Source of the DNA: Bdellovibrionales bacterium
GTDB taxonomy: Bacteria; Bdellovibrionota; Bdellovibrionia; Bdellovibrionales; JAGQZY01
Assembly (NCBI GenBank): GCA_964230645.1
Contig: CAXRHT010000001.1
Coordinates: 1-64,000, forward strand
DNA: 64,000 nt
Direction: 5' to 3'
The notes under the pieces are model-generated. The model was given only the letters and a program-made list of their open reading frames with translations, searched no databases and was not told where the DNA came from. Positions within the stretch are counted from its first letter, which is position 1, and each line of letters begins with the position of its first letter. A program made the translations under genes and the position numbers. This document shows, piece by piece, positions 48,393 through 57,824 of the stretch.

Positions 48393-48857
48393 ATGGATAC
48401 CGCTTTAGCAAACGACCTCAGAAATTTTGAACCTACAAAGACTCGGTTCAAACCTTTGTCCCTGAACGCTCTTAATCGTGTATTAATTATTGAAGATGAT
48501 GTTTCCCTAACCAATTTACTAACCACTGTGTTGGAAGAAATCTCACCCAATATACAGATTGATTGGGCGACCAGCGGAGAAGAGGCAGAATCTTATCTAA
48601 AAAGAGAGGGCGAAATATTTGGCACCCATCCCTATGATCTCGTGGTGGCCGATATCTTCCTTGAAGGAGAAATCACGGGCCTTGATATTTGGAAGCTGTG
48701 TGACCGCAAATATCCTAACACCAACATACTTGTGACATCGAGTTTACCGGTGGAACGATTTGTTTCTTGTTTAAAAAATGAATACTCTTGCCCCCATTAC
48801 CTACCCAAACCCTTTACCCTTAGTGAATGCAAGGAAACGATCAGTGAATTTTTATGA
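48393..48857 (+). CDS. Single-domain response regulator
   Basis: IIEDD, VADIFL, TS, KPF; RBS AAGGAG. Confidence 0.9.
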   Translation: MDTALANDLRNFEPTKTRFKPLSLNALNRVLIIEDDVSLTNLLTTVLEEISPNIQIDWATSGEEAESYLKREGEIFGTHPYDLVVADIFLEGEITGLDIWKLCDRKYPNTNILVTSSLPVERFVSCLKNEYSCPHYLPKPFTLSECKETISEFL

Positions 48858-48971
48858 TCAACACCACCCCATCTTGCCGGCACTAAGGTCCTCATGGCCT
48901 TCCCTGCTCTCCTCCCTCAGGGGGAGCAGGGGCCTCCCTCTTAACTTAGACTTAAAAAAAGGAGTTTAAAA

Positions 48972-49373
48972 ATGTTAGCTCACAATTTTGAAAAATCGAA
49001 TCTCGGGATCTTTGGGTTCGACACCTTAAACATATTCACTAATGATGAAATCTACTGCTCCGGTTTTTCACCGGCGGAGGAAGACATTGATCGCATTGGG
49101 TCCACAATCCGTAAGTTAAAACGCTATTTTTTTACGGAACAGCCCATTCACTTATACATCAATAAGAAAAACAGTCTCTTTTGGATCGATGTTAAGGTTC
49201 ACAGTCTTGACGAAGCTCTTTTCTCTGACAGTCAGGGGAAAACTTTATCGCAAGCCCTTTCACTTGCAGAGAAAAAATTGATTCAAAACTCGCCTTGCGT
49301 GATCGATCTTGAACCTCACTTAAGCACCCAAGACCACTATCAACCAAGTCACCTGCACAATATTCAAATATGA
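48972..49373 (+). CDS. Divergent HPF/RaiA-like protein
   Basis: IRKLKRYF...IHLYI......IDVKVHS..EALFSDS....LSQAL.LAEKKL.Q. Confidence 0.65.
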   Translation: MLAHNFEKSNLGIFGFDTLNIFTNDEIYCSGFSPAEEDIDRIGSTIRKLKRYFFTEQPIHLYINKKNSLFWIDVKVHSLDEALFSDSQGKTLSQALSLAEKKLIQNSPCVIDLEPHLSTQDHYQPSHLHNIQI

Positions 49374-49402
49374 AAAAACACCCTGGCTCTAAGCCAGGGT
49401 GT
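49373..49402 (-). terminator. Intrinsic terminator between convergent genes
   Basis: ACACCCTGGCT/AGCCAGGGTGT stem, T tract on minus strand. Confidence 0.8.
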
Positions 49403-49418
49403 CACATAAATACTGTAA

Positions 49419-49886
49419 TTATTGTGAGGCAACGGTCAGATATTTATCAATATCCTGTCCACGATAGTTTTTTTCTTTCTTAATTGTTCTTTTGATTTTC
49501 ACTTTGTGAAAAGCACAACTTCTTTTTGCGGCCTTCACATATTGAATATGTTGCTCTAGGTACTTGAGACTATTCATCAAGTGTTGGCGCTTTGCCTTAG
49601 ACAGACTGTTAATTTTGCGATCCACCACCTGCTTTGCCATTTTAGCATTAGCAGGCATTCTTTTCTGATCGCTCTTGAGAGCTTTGACCTGATCAAACTC
49701 CTTCACAGCCAGACTTTTGTTGTCTGTGTAGAGCTTGCGCGCTTTCTTGGCATTCTTTGTGAACATGGCACATTCATGAGCTTTCGTTTTCATTGTCTTA
49801 TTTTTAACTTTGCCGTCTTTGGCCAACGCTGAGGAACCGAAGGTGAAAAATAGCGACAGCGCAGTTAACACAACTATCTTCTTCAT
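49419..49886 (-). CDS. Secreted basic helical hypothetical protein
   Basis: Signal peptide, RBS AGGAGA, Lys-rich. Confidence 0.7.
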   Translation of the reverse strand: MKKIVVLTALSLFFTFGSSALAKDGKVKNKTMKTKAHECAMFTKNAKKARKLYTDNKSLAVKEFDQVKALKSDQKRMPANAKMAKQVVDRKINSLSKAKRQHLMNSLKYLEQHIQYVKAAKRSCAFHKVKIKRTIKKEKNYRGQDIDKYLTVASQ

Positions 49887-49947
49887 ACTTATCTCCTGGT
49901 TAAAGTTTTAACCTTAATATGAAAGCAAAAATTCTCTTTCAAACCAA

Positions 49948-50092
49948 AGCCAATCCCAAAACTCATTCAAGAGGGGGCTTAGAATTCAAGGGATAACTGA
50001 AGCTTGAGTGCCTCTACTTTTCCTTGATTCGTAAACTTCCAGTCCACCTCAAAACTAAACCCCACAAACTCAAATGAGTTTTGGGATTGGCT
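49948..50092. mobile_element. MITE-like element, 145 bp
   Basis: Perfect 20-bp terminal inverted repeats AGCCAATCCCAAAACTCATT, no ORF. Confidence 0.6.
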
Positions 50093-50274
50093 CTTATCCT
50101 CTCTTGTAGAATATCTCTGTTCTCTGGATTTTAAAAATACGCCTATCTAGAATGAGAAGTTTAAGACTCTATTTCTCTCAACCGAAAATACGCGCAATAA
50201 AAGGCCCATTTTTCGAAAAAAGTTTAGGCAGCTCTTTCACCCTTGGAACAACATAGTAAGACTCACTCTGAAAC

Positions 50275-50306
50275 AAAAAAAATGGCCCCAACAAAGTTGG
50301 AGCCAT
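50275..50306 (-). terminator. Orphan intrinsic terminator
   Basis: ATGGCTCCAAC-TTT-GTTGGGGCCAT plus T tract on minus strand. Confidence 0.8.
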
Positions 50307-50470
50307 AAGTAAGCAAAACATATTCCCGCTCATCTCAATTCGCCGGAACAGGAGGAAGACTGGTGCTTCCCAAATTTAATTTCCTGGAATCTCCTCAGGG
50401 TGGAGAGCCATTCAGTCAGGCAAGGATTAAAGGTTTTTGATGAGTTGAGTCAAAGACTCCCTCCCTTTCT
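50275..50470 (-). ncRNA. Candidate structured small RNA (family unassigned)
   Basis: Orphan terminator plus nested complementarity CTCATC/GATGAG and GACTG/CAGTC. Confidence 0.35.
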
Positions 50471-50754
50471 TTCTCGTTTAAATCGTCATCCCTTTTTCTG
50501 ACGAGAAGTTTTGAAAACCATTGAAATCAGTGGGAAATTTTCAATTCCATAAACCTTGCTATCAAGTCTAAGAGACTCATTTTTGCTTGAGGCTTCGTCA
50601 CCGCCCTTAAATTGAGTGCAATGATTCTGCAATTTGTCAGTGGCTTTTTTAGCAATTAAATCCCCTAACTCTCAGCACCAGTGAGGCTTTCCATTGACGC
50701 TCAAGCTTTTTTCTCCCTAAAATTTTGCTCCGAATCTTGAAGGGGGACTTTTCA

Positions 50755-51801
50755 ATGGAATCGTTAATATTCAAATCCGAAGAGCTGACACAAAGAGGCC
50801 GTGGTTTCACCTATGATGACATATTGCTTGTTCCATCAAAATCAGAGATGCGTTCAAGAAGGGATCCTGACCTCAATAGCGCTCTAACCTCCTCTATAGA
50901 AATTAAAATCCCATTTATATCCGCCAATATGGACACTATCACCGAAGCCAATATGGCAATCGCCATGGACGAACAGGGAGGCTTTGGAATTATTCATCGA
51001 TTTATGACCGTCAAAGAACAAGCCACCGAGGTGGCTAAAGTCAAAAAAACAGGAACCTCCCATATTGGTGCAAGCATCGGTGTGGGAGAAGAAAGTAAAG
51101 ACCGAGCCGGAGCTCTTGTCGAAGCAGGAGCCAATGTGATCACAATCGATATTGCTCACGGTCACTCTGTGCAGATGCTTGAGACTATTAAATGGCTTAA
51201 GGACACCTACTCGGAAGTTGCTATTATCGCTGGTAACGTGGCTTCCCCTGAGGGGACATTGGACCTCATTGAAGCCGGTGCCGACGCGATCAAAGTGGGT
51301 ATTGGACCAGGCTCTATGTGCACCACGCGAATTATTACTGGATGCGGGGTTCCTCAGCTCACAGCTGTGGCTCTTTGTTCGCAAGCCGCCCGCGAGAAAA
51401 ATATCCCCGTTATCGCTGACGGCGGTATAAAATCCTCTGGTGACATTATGAAAGCCTTGGCCGCTGGTGCTAGCACCGTCATGCTTGGTAGTATTCTAGC
51501 AGGAACCATTGAAACACCAGGACTTATTCGACATGGCCAAAAGCTTTACCGCGGTATGGCCTCCCGCTCGGCTCAAGACTCCTGGCGTGGTGGAGTTCCG
51601 CAAGGCATGGCTCCCGAGGGTGAGGCCACTAAAGTTTTTGTAAAGGGCCATTTAAGTGATGTGGTTTCTGAACTTGCCGGGGGCCTTCGAAGTGGCATGA
51701 CTTATATCAATGCCAGTAGTGTCAAAGAGATTCGTGAAAAAGCGCGCTTTATGGAAATGACTCCCATGGGTTACAAAGAGTCGACAGCCCACGGACTCTG
51801 A
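50755..51801 (+). CDS. IMP dehydrogenase/GMP reductase family protein lacking CBS domains
   Basis: [38 protein letters not shown]. Confidence 0.93.
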   Translation: MESLIFKSEELTQRGRGFTYDDILLVPSKSEMRSRRDPDLNSALTSSIEIKIPFISANMDTITEANMAIAMDEQGGFGIIHRFMTVKEQATEVAKVKKTGTSHIGASIGVGEESKDRAGALVEAGANVITIDIAHGHSVQMLETIKWLKDTYSEVAIIAGNVASPEGTLDLIEAGADAIKVGIGPGSMCTTRIITGCGVPQLTAVALCSQAAREKNIPVIADGGIKSSGDIMKALAAGASTVMLGSILAGTIETPGLIRHGQKLYRGMASRSAQDSWRGGVPQGMAPEGEATKVFVKGHLSDVVSELAGGLRSGMTYINASSVKEIREKARFMEMTPMGYKESTAHGL

Positions 51802-51953
51802 TTCACTGAGACTGTCTAGCTTTTCGACATTGCCTTTGTAAGTTTTCTAGCAACAGCGAAGTCTATAGATATAAAAACCTTAGATTGTTAAAATCAGCAA
51901 CGGATTTTAACTTATTGTTTGGAGCTATTAGGTTCTGAAACTGGAAGGTTCTT

Positions 51954-52337
51954 ATGAAGAAAATGTTCATTCTCACAATTACTGTTTTGTTAACAATGGC
52001 TCAAGCCGCCAATGCTTCTTCACTCGCTATTGGAGACTGGTGCCAGAACACCTATGATGATTTCAATGACGTCATGACAATTGATCAAAATGGCACTGTG
52101 AAAAGAGCGACAGTCGGTAACGAAGCTGGGGAATCTTTTGGATTTGTCACCGGAACTCTTTTTGTGGGAGCCTCGAACGTCTCTATGGAAATGGATGGAG
52201 AGGCTCTATCTATTTACGACATCCGTGTTAATACCCATTGGATAACCGGTAAAAAAACTTTGCATATTGATTACTCGGACCGAACCGATGAGGTTTTTGA
52301 GGCTTGTAAAATTGAGTGGTCAAAAGTTCGACGCTGA
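51954..52337 (+). CDS. Secreted hypothetical protein
   Basis: Signal peptide, IGDWC. Confidence 0.65.
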   Translation: MKKMFILTITVLLTMAQAANASSLAIGDWCQNTYDDFNDVMTIDQNGTVKRATVGNEAGESFGFVTGTLFVGASNVSMEMDGEALSIYDIRVNTHWITGKKTLHIDYSDRTDEVFEACKIEWSKVRR

Positions 52338-52373
52338 GACCTTTTATAAAAATTGACTACAGTTTTGATTATC

Positions 52374-52475
52374 TGTCGTCTTGAGCGCAGCGAAAGACCT
52401 AAGATCCTTCGCTACGCTCAGGATGACAATTGGTGACGCTCAGAACGACAATTGGTGACGCTCTGGATGACAATG
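52374..52475. repeat. REP-like hairpin plus three 22-bp tandem units
   Basis: GTCGTCTTGAGCGCAGCGAAAGACC / GATCCTTCGCTACGCTCAGGATGAC; ACGCTCAGGATGACAATTGGTG variants. Confidence 0.9.
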
Positions 52476-52618
52476 GTAAACGAGATCTATCATTAAGCGG
52501 GGACATCAATTTTCTTCTGACTGGTCAGACATTTTTTGATGAGCACTATTTTTTTGACACTTTCGTATTTTTTCCAAGCCCTGTTGTTGTTTCAATCAAT
52601 TGGGTTTTAAATGAAACC

Positions 52619-53149
52619 ATGTGGGCAAAAGCTTTTGTTTTTTTAATAATCCCCTTAATCTCATCTCCTTGCTTTGCTGAGAAACAGACTGAGGTTGAAA
52701 TTAAAGGTGATCTTTTAGTTCCTGAAAATTATGAAAAGAAAAAACAGCTCTTTCAACAAAGAGATCAAGTCATTCCCATGGAGGCTTCAAGTGCTACAAG
52801 TCCCCACGGTTTTGGTAACCAAATCCTTGAGTACCATTTTCAAGGTTTCATCGAACACAACCAATTTAAACCACTGAGCGGCTTAAAAAATATGGAGGAG
52901 TCCGTGAATCGGTCAACCCAAGTGGATTCTTCTTTTGTGAAAATAAAATCGAAGATCGATGTCAAAAACCTTCGGGCCAGACTTGATGTGGAATCCTTTT
53001 TGGACGCCGCTTTTTGGTCAGAGGATAAATTTAAAACTTTTAGAGCGCAGCTAAAACTATTTTCTGAAAACTCCCATATGATCAGTCTTGAGAATCGGTC
53101 TGACTCTCAGGAAACCAAAACCTACCTCAATATCCAGCGCCGCTGGTAG
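52619..53149 (+). CDS. Secreted hypothetical protein
   Basis: Signal peptide from ATG 52619; C-terminal W. Confidence 0.6.
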   Translation: MWAKAFVFLIIPLISSPCFAEKQTEVEIKGDLLVPENYEKKKQLFQQRDQVIPMEASSATSPHGFGNQILEYHFQGFIEHNQFKPLSGLKNMEESVNRSTQVDSSFVKIKSKIDVKNLRARLDVESFLDAAFWSEDKFKTFRAQLKLFSENSHMISLENRSDSQETKTYLNIQRRW

Positions 53150-53311
53150 CGTTTACTTTTAGGAATACCCTTATATCATTTTAGAATTCGACTTCACTCC
53201 CCAAGATTGTTATCACAAGGACATTGAAGCTTCCCATTTAGATGTCACAAAGAAACATCGGGAAGCGAAAGTACAAGATAACAACAACGAACACCTTCAA
53301 AGGGGGAGAAA

Positions 53312-53800
53312 ATGTTAAAGTCTATTATCGCATCCATTTTATTAATAAGTGCCTCATGGTCACTGCAAGCCGCACCCACAGCCGAGCAGCCAGATCGCAA
53401 TGAGGAGGCCTACAATCTCGAAGACCAGAATCTTGGCCTTAAAGGCTTTGATCCTGTCGCCTATTTTTCTGAAAACGGAGGAGAGGCCCTACAGGGAGAC
53501 CCTGAAATTTCTCTAGTTTACGGCAATGTTCTCTATAGATTTTCTTCGGAAGAGAATAAAACCCTTTTCATGGCCAATCCAACCAAGTATGAACCTACTT
53601 ATGGAGGATGGTGCGCATGGGCTATGGCCAACGATTCCTATGCGGATATCAATCCCATGCTATTTACTCAACATGGTAACCGCATGCATTTTTTTATCAG
53701 CCGAGGGGCTAAAGCTCGCTTCGACGCCGATCTAGAATTCCACGAATCTAATGCCGACGACTTCTGGAAGTCCGAGTCCGGTGAGAGCCCGCGCAAGTAA
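53312..53800 (+). CDS. YHS-domain periplasmic protein
   Basis: GFDPVAYF, YRFSSEENK.LF, YEPTYGGWCAWAMA. Confidence 0.92.
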   Translation: MLKSIIASILLISASWSLQAAPTAEQPDRNEEAYNLEDQNLGLKGFDPVAYFSENGGEALQGDPEISLVYGNVLYRFSSEENKTLFMANPTKYEPTYGGWCAWAMANDSYADINPMLFTQHGNRMHFFISRGAKARFDADLEFHESNADDFWKSESGESPRK

Positions 53801-53832
53801 GCAAAACGAGTATTGGGGATAAAAGGGAGAGA

Positions 53833-54867
53833 GTGATGTTTAAAGCAGTGATCGGAATTGTCGCGGCACTATTGATTTCAGCCTGCGGAAATTACAGCAA
53901 TACCACCTCTCCCCTTCCCGGTGAGGGTAATCAAAAAGGCAAAGGCAGCACTGAGGTGAGCTTTGCGCAAATTAAAACTGAAATTTTAGAGCCTCACTGT
54001 ATTAGTTGCCACAAGGGGCGCCACGATGTGTACGAAAACTACCAAATCGTCAAAGCCTCAGCCTTCCAGATGTTAGCACGCATGGAAAGCAATGATCCTT
54101 CACGAAGAATGCCCGAGGATAGCCCTGCACTTCCTGAAGCGACCATCGCCCTTTTTAGAGACTGGGTTAACGCCGGAGCCCCGGAGTTTGGTAACGCTAA
54201 AAGCGATACACCAGACAACAAAGATGACAACACCAGCTCAGAAAATAGGACGATCAGCTTTAGTCAGATCAAGGACCGAGTGCTCGACTCTTACAACTGC
54301 ACAACCTGTCATGCTCAGTATAACAACTACGCTCGGGTCAAAGGGGCACTAGGCTCAATCTCGCAACTAATCATGAATAATGAAATGCCCTTCCCCCAAA
54401 AAAAGGGCGAAGAGGTAATCCCTGTTCGTGCTGAAGATAAAGAGTATTTGCTCACTTGGATCAATCAAGGAGCTCCAGAGTTTGAAGACGGTAGCAGCGA
54501 GACCACGCTTGATACCGAACTTAAACCCACTTACCTTTCGATTCGAAACAATATACTGGGGCCTCGCTGTACAATGTGCCACAACTCCTTTGGTGGCCGT
54601 GGTCCTAAAAACTTTGACAGCCTTCTTGAGATTAAAAAGTCAGACGAAAACCCAAAATCACCTCTTTTTGATTTTGATGACCCTTTTAACTCGCGCTTTA
54701 TCGGTGCGATTATCGCTCGCCCCGGACAATTGTTTTTTGATCCAATGCCCTACGTGAGTGAATTCGATGATGTTGAAACAGAGTTTCCTCCAGTGACGGA
54801 TGAGGAATTAAAAGTAATAGAAGAATGGATTAAACTTAAACTACCTTATGACGAGAGTGAATTATGA
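53833..54867 (+). CDS. Triheme c-type cytochrome lipoprotein
   Basis: ISAC lipobox; CISCH, CTTCH, CTMCH, each followed by MP...W(I/V) module. Confidence 0.85.
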   Translation: MMFKAVIGIVAALLISACGNYSNTTSPLPGEGNQKGKGSTEVSFAQIKTEILEPHCISCHKGRHDVYENYQIVKASAFQMLARMESNDPSRRMPEDSPALPEATIALFRDWVNAGAPEFGNAKSDTPDNKDDNTSSENRTISFSQIKDRVLDSYNCTTCHAQYNNYARVKGALGSISQLIMNNEMPFPQKKGEEVIPVRAEDKEYLLTWINQGAPEFEDGSSETTLDTELKPTYLSIRNNILGPRCTMCHNSFGGRGPKNFDSLLEIKKSDENPKSPLFDFDDPFNSRFIGAIIARPGQLFFDPMPYVSEFDDVETEFPPVTDEELKVIEEWIKLKLPYDESEL

Positions 54868-55412
54868 AACATATATTAATTATTTTAAGCCTAATTGTTA
54901 GCTTTTCAGCTCAGGCCGCCGTGAAATACCAATTTGAACCGGGGCTTGGCAAAGTGGAGTTTAAAACTAAAGGTTGGCCCAACCTTATTACCATCAAGGG
55001 AGAGGGCACAGGGGTCACAGGTACTTTGATGGAAGATGGCAAAAAAGTATCGGGAGATTTGGTTTTTAATCTGGACACTTTGAAAACAGGGATTTCCCTT
55101 AGAGACGACCATATGAAAAACAAATATCTTCAGGTCAAAAAACATCCAGAGGCAAAATTAAGCCTTAAACAAGTGGAAGTTCCGGAAAACCTCAATGGAG
55201 AATTTGATTTTATGGGTGAACTTGAACTCCACGGCACGAAAAAAAGTGTCAAAGGCCAAGCGGAGTTAGAAGAGGAAGACGGTCAGATTGTAATCAAAGG
55301 GAGTATCCCGATCAAACTTTCGGAATTTAATATCGACACTCCAAGCTACAAAGGCATCACTGTGGCTGAAAATGTAAATATAAACTTTGAATCTAAGGTC
55401 AAAAAGCAATAA
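54864..55412 (+). CDS. YceI-family protein
   Basis: LKTGISLRDDHM..KYL, GELELHG. Confidence 0.9.
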   Translation: MKHILIILSLIVSFSAQAAVKYQFEPGLGKVEFKTKGWPNLITIKGEGTGVTGTLMEDGKKVSGDLVFNLDTLKTGISLRDDHMKNKYLQVKKHPEAKLSLKQVEVPENLNGEFDFMGELELHGTKKSVKGQAELEEEDGQIVIKGSIPIKLSEFNIDTPSYKGITVAENVNINFESKVKKQ

Positions 55413-55451
55413 GCTTGAGACTCATAAATTCAAACAATTAGAGAGGCTGCA

Positions 55452-56567
55452 GTGAAACAAACTTTCGCTTTGATTCTTTTTCTTTCCGTCATTTTATTTA
55501 ACTTTAAAGCCTCAGCCTTTGTGCAAAACGTCACTCACGGCTACCCCTCTTGCATCGCTTGCCACGTTTCTCCCAATGGCGGAGGACTGCTCACGGACTA
55601 CGGGCGCTCTCTTTCAAAAGAACTGATGAGCACCTGGGGAGTGAGCGATAGTTTTGCTAGACCCTATTTCGGTGTTAAAAACAAAGAGACAGTCAAATTT
55701 GGTGGAGATATCAGGAGCGCTCAAACCTATTTTAAAAACGACACACTGGATGAGGGGAAATTCTTCCTGATGCAACAAAATGTCGAACTGGGAGTGAAAG
55801 TTGACAACGTTATGTTCGTGGGAACTCTTGGCACCCAACAAGGACCGGAAGGAACACCTCGGCGTGGTCAATTTTTGTCTGAAAGACACTATGCCCTCTG
55901 GTCCCCCACTCCTACCAGCCGAGTGCGCGTGGGTAAATTCCGTCAGACCTTTGGAATTAACACTCCTAACCACACTCGCCTGATCAAAAATCTTTTTGGC
56001 TTTGGTGCCTTAAGTGAAACCTACAACCTAGAATACACCCAATTTTTTGAAACCTATGAGGTCACGGTGGGCTCCAGTGTGGGCCGTATTGATCAACCGC
56101 GTGATCCCAGCCGGGAAAAGAATTTATCGGGCCATTTCACCTACTACCTCAATGGTAACTCTCGAATTGGAGGAAGTGTTCTAATGGGTGAGTCCACTCA
56201 GGAAAGACGCTTTCTTACAAGCCTCAATGGAGTGCTACCTCTTGGGGAGGAGTGGATCATTATGTCCGAGCTTGATTACGAACAAAGTCAGTTTGCCGCC
56301 ACTCCTGGGGATGATATAGACACCATCGCAAGTTTTCTCCGCTTTGGAAACAAACCCTTTAAGGGGTTTATGTGGTATCTCCTTTTTGAGCACGCCTCGG
56401 TGGATTCTGATAGCTCCTATTCACTCACTCACAGGCCTGGCATTGGCGTGCAGTGGCTGCCAATTCCCCACTTTAACATCCAGGTGGAATACTTAAGACA
56501 GGTAAACAATACCCTCTATGGCAATCCAAACGAAATTGGCTATGTGATTTTTCATACATACTTATAA
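55452..56567 (+). CDS. Outer membrane beta-barrel with N-terminal heme c motif
   Basis: CIACHVSPNGGGLLTDYGR then porin-like strands, RVGKF. Confidence 0.75.
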   Translation: MKQTFALILFLSVILFNFKASAFVQNVTHGYPSCIACHVSPNGGGLLTDYGRSLSKELMSTWGVSDSFARPYFGVKNKETVKFGGDIRSAQTYFKNDTLDEGKFFLMQQNVELGVKVDNVMFVGTLGTQQGPEGTPRRGQFLSERHYALWSPTPTSRVRVGKFRQTFGINTPNHTRLIKNLFGFGALSETYNLEYTQFFETYEVTVGSSVGRIDQPRDPSREKNLSGHFTYYLNGNSRIGGSVLMGESTQERRFLTSLNGVLPLGEEWIIMSELDYEQSQFAATPGDDIDTIASFLRFGNKPFKGFMWYLLFEHASVDSDSSYSLTHRPGIGVQWLPIPHFNIQVEYLRQVNNTLYGNPNEIGYVIFHTYL

Positions 56568-56607
56568 TTTTACTTTTCAATGGCTCTATTTTTCCTATAA
56601 TAGGGCT

Positions 56608-57111
56608 ATGAAAAATAAAATCACTCTCTTTGCTATCCTATTCTTTGTACCAACTCTTAGCTTCGCAGCCCCCGTCAAACCCTGGGGCCTGGGAGTCATC
56701 CTTCATAACCCTACGGGGGTGTCTCTAAAGCACCGCTTCTCCAAAGACAATTCACTGGATGCGGCTCTTGGTTATTCCTTTGGCTACACCGACAATATCA
56801 CTCTTCATTCAACTTACTTGTGGGAGTTTAATGAGTCTTTGAAAATCAACGATCATGTCAGCCTTGGTCATTATTTTGGAGTGGGTGGAGCTTTACACTC
56901 AAGAGATCGTAATGAAGATCCACCGCCTTGGGCCGATCGCGATGAGCGTGATGATGAGTTTGGGCTGGCGGTCCGAGGTGTTGCCGGAATGAACTATTAT
57001 TTTGACGATCCAACATTTGAGGTTTTTGCCGAAGTGGCCTTAAATTTCTTTATAGTTCCTGGAACCGATGCCGATTTAGACATTGCTGTCGGCGGTCGTT
57101 ACTTCTTCTAA
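56608..57111 (+). CDS. Small outer membrane beta-barrel protein
   Basis: GLGVIL.NPTGVSLK, ends GGRYFF. Confidence 0.75.
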   Translation: MKNKITLFAILFFVPTLSFAAPVKPWGLGVILHNPTGVSLKHRFSKDNSLDAALGYSFGYTDNITLHSTYLWEFNESLKINDHVSLGHYFGVGGALHSRDRNEDPPPWADRDERDDEFGLAVRGVAGMNYYFDDPTFEVFAEVALNFFIVPGTDADLDIAVGGRYFF

Positions 57112-57120
57112 ACTTTCCAT

Positions 57121-57149
57121 AAAAAAACCCTCCCCGTTTGAAGGGAGGG
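57121..57149 (-). terminator. Intrinsic terminator
   Basis: CCCTCCC/GGGAGGG stem with T7 on minus strand. Confidence 0.75.
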
Positions 57150-57203
57150 CTAGCGCGGATAAGGTTACCAATACTAAATGCCCCTCACTGGCATTTAATC
57201 TTT

Positions 57204-57521
57204 TTAATCATTCATTGAAATTTCGTGTAGAACAGCTGGCTTTTCATCTTTATTCACCGTTTGCGTGGTCTTTTCTTTTTGTAAATCACTGTCTTTGGAT
57301 TCAACAAGAATGCCGGACTCCACTTTAACAGAGGAAACATCTCTTTCATTCCACTCACTCATTTGTTCATGCTCTTGTTGATACTTTTCTTTCATATTTT
57401 CGTTGTACTCTTTATTAGACTCCGAAACTGCCTGCCTTAAGGCTAAAAAGCTGCTTTCTTTTTCAAATCCATAAGAAGTGTTCGCTAACAAAAGAATCAC
57501 TAAAACATTTAATACTTTCAT
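57204..57521 (-). CDS. Secreted hypothetical protein
   Basis: Signal peptide, terminator and sigma54 promoter flank it. Confidence 0.65.
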   Translation of the reverse strand: MKVLNVLVILLLANTSYGFEKESSFLALRQAVSESNKEYNENMKEKYQQEHEQMSEWNERDVSSVKVESGILVESKDSDLQKEKTTQTVNKDEKPAVLHEISMND

Positions 57522-57557
57522 CTTCGCCCCCCAGCGTTTCATTTGCTTTTCTATTAT

Positions 57558-57573
57558 TGCAAGGGGGCTGCCA
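57558..57573 (-). promoter_or_regulatory. Sigma54 promoter
   Basis: TGGCAG-CCCCC-TTGCA on minus strand. Confidence 0.7.
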
Positions 57574-57824
57574 AACCTAGGGGCCTAAAACTAAGCTTAA
57601 AGTTGTATTTTTTGTTGAGCTTTTTCTCACCTGAGACTCGCCTTCACGGATTTCCACATTGAAACAAATCTTATGTTTCATCGCGAGAAAAACGGGGTTG
57701 GATCTGCGGTATTTAGTAAATTTTATGACAGACGGTCGCTAAGTATCTGAATTGTTTTGGTTTTTATTAGACACGGAACACTGTAGTCCGGTGTTTTTTA
57801 CGTTCATAGCCTAAAGCATGCCGT

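Noticed and set aside
48109..48411. 100-aa minus-strand ORF and the extension of the receiver ORF from 48261
   Set aside because: Cover a promoter/enhancer region; clear RBS and sigma54 promoter support start 48393
50275..50720. Purine or c-di-GMP riboswitch for the GuaB-family gene
   Set aside because: Could not find the conserved aptamer motifs, and the terminator is on the opposite strand
52430..52618. Long N-terminal extension of ORF 52430-53149
   Set aside because: Starts inside a repeat; signal peptide begins at ATG 52619
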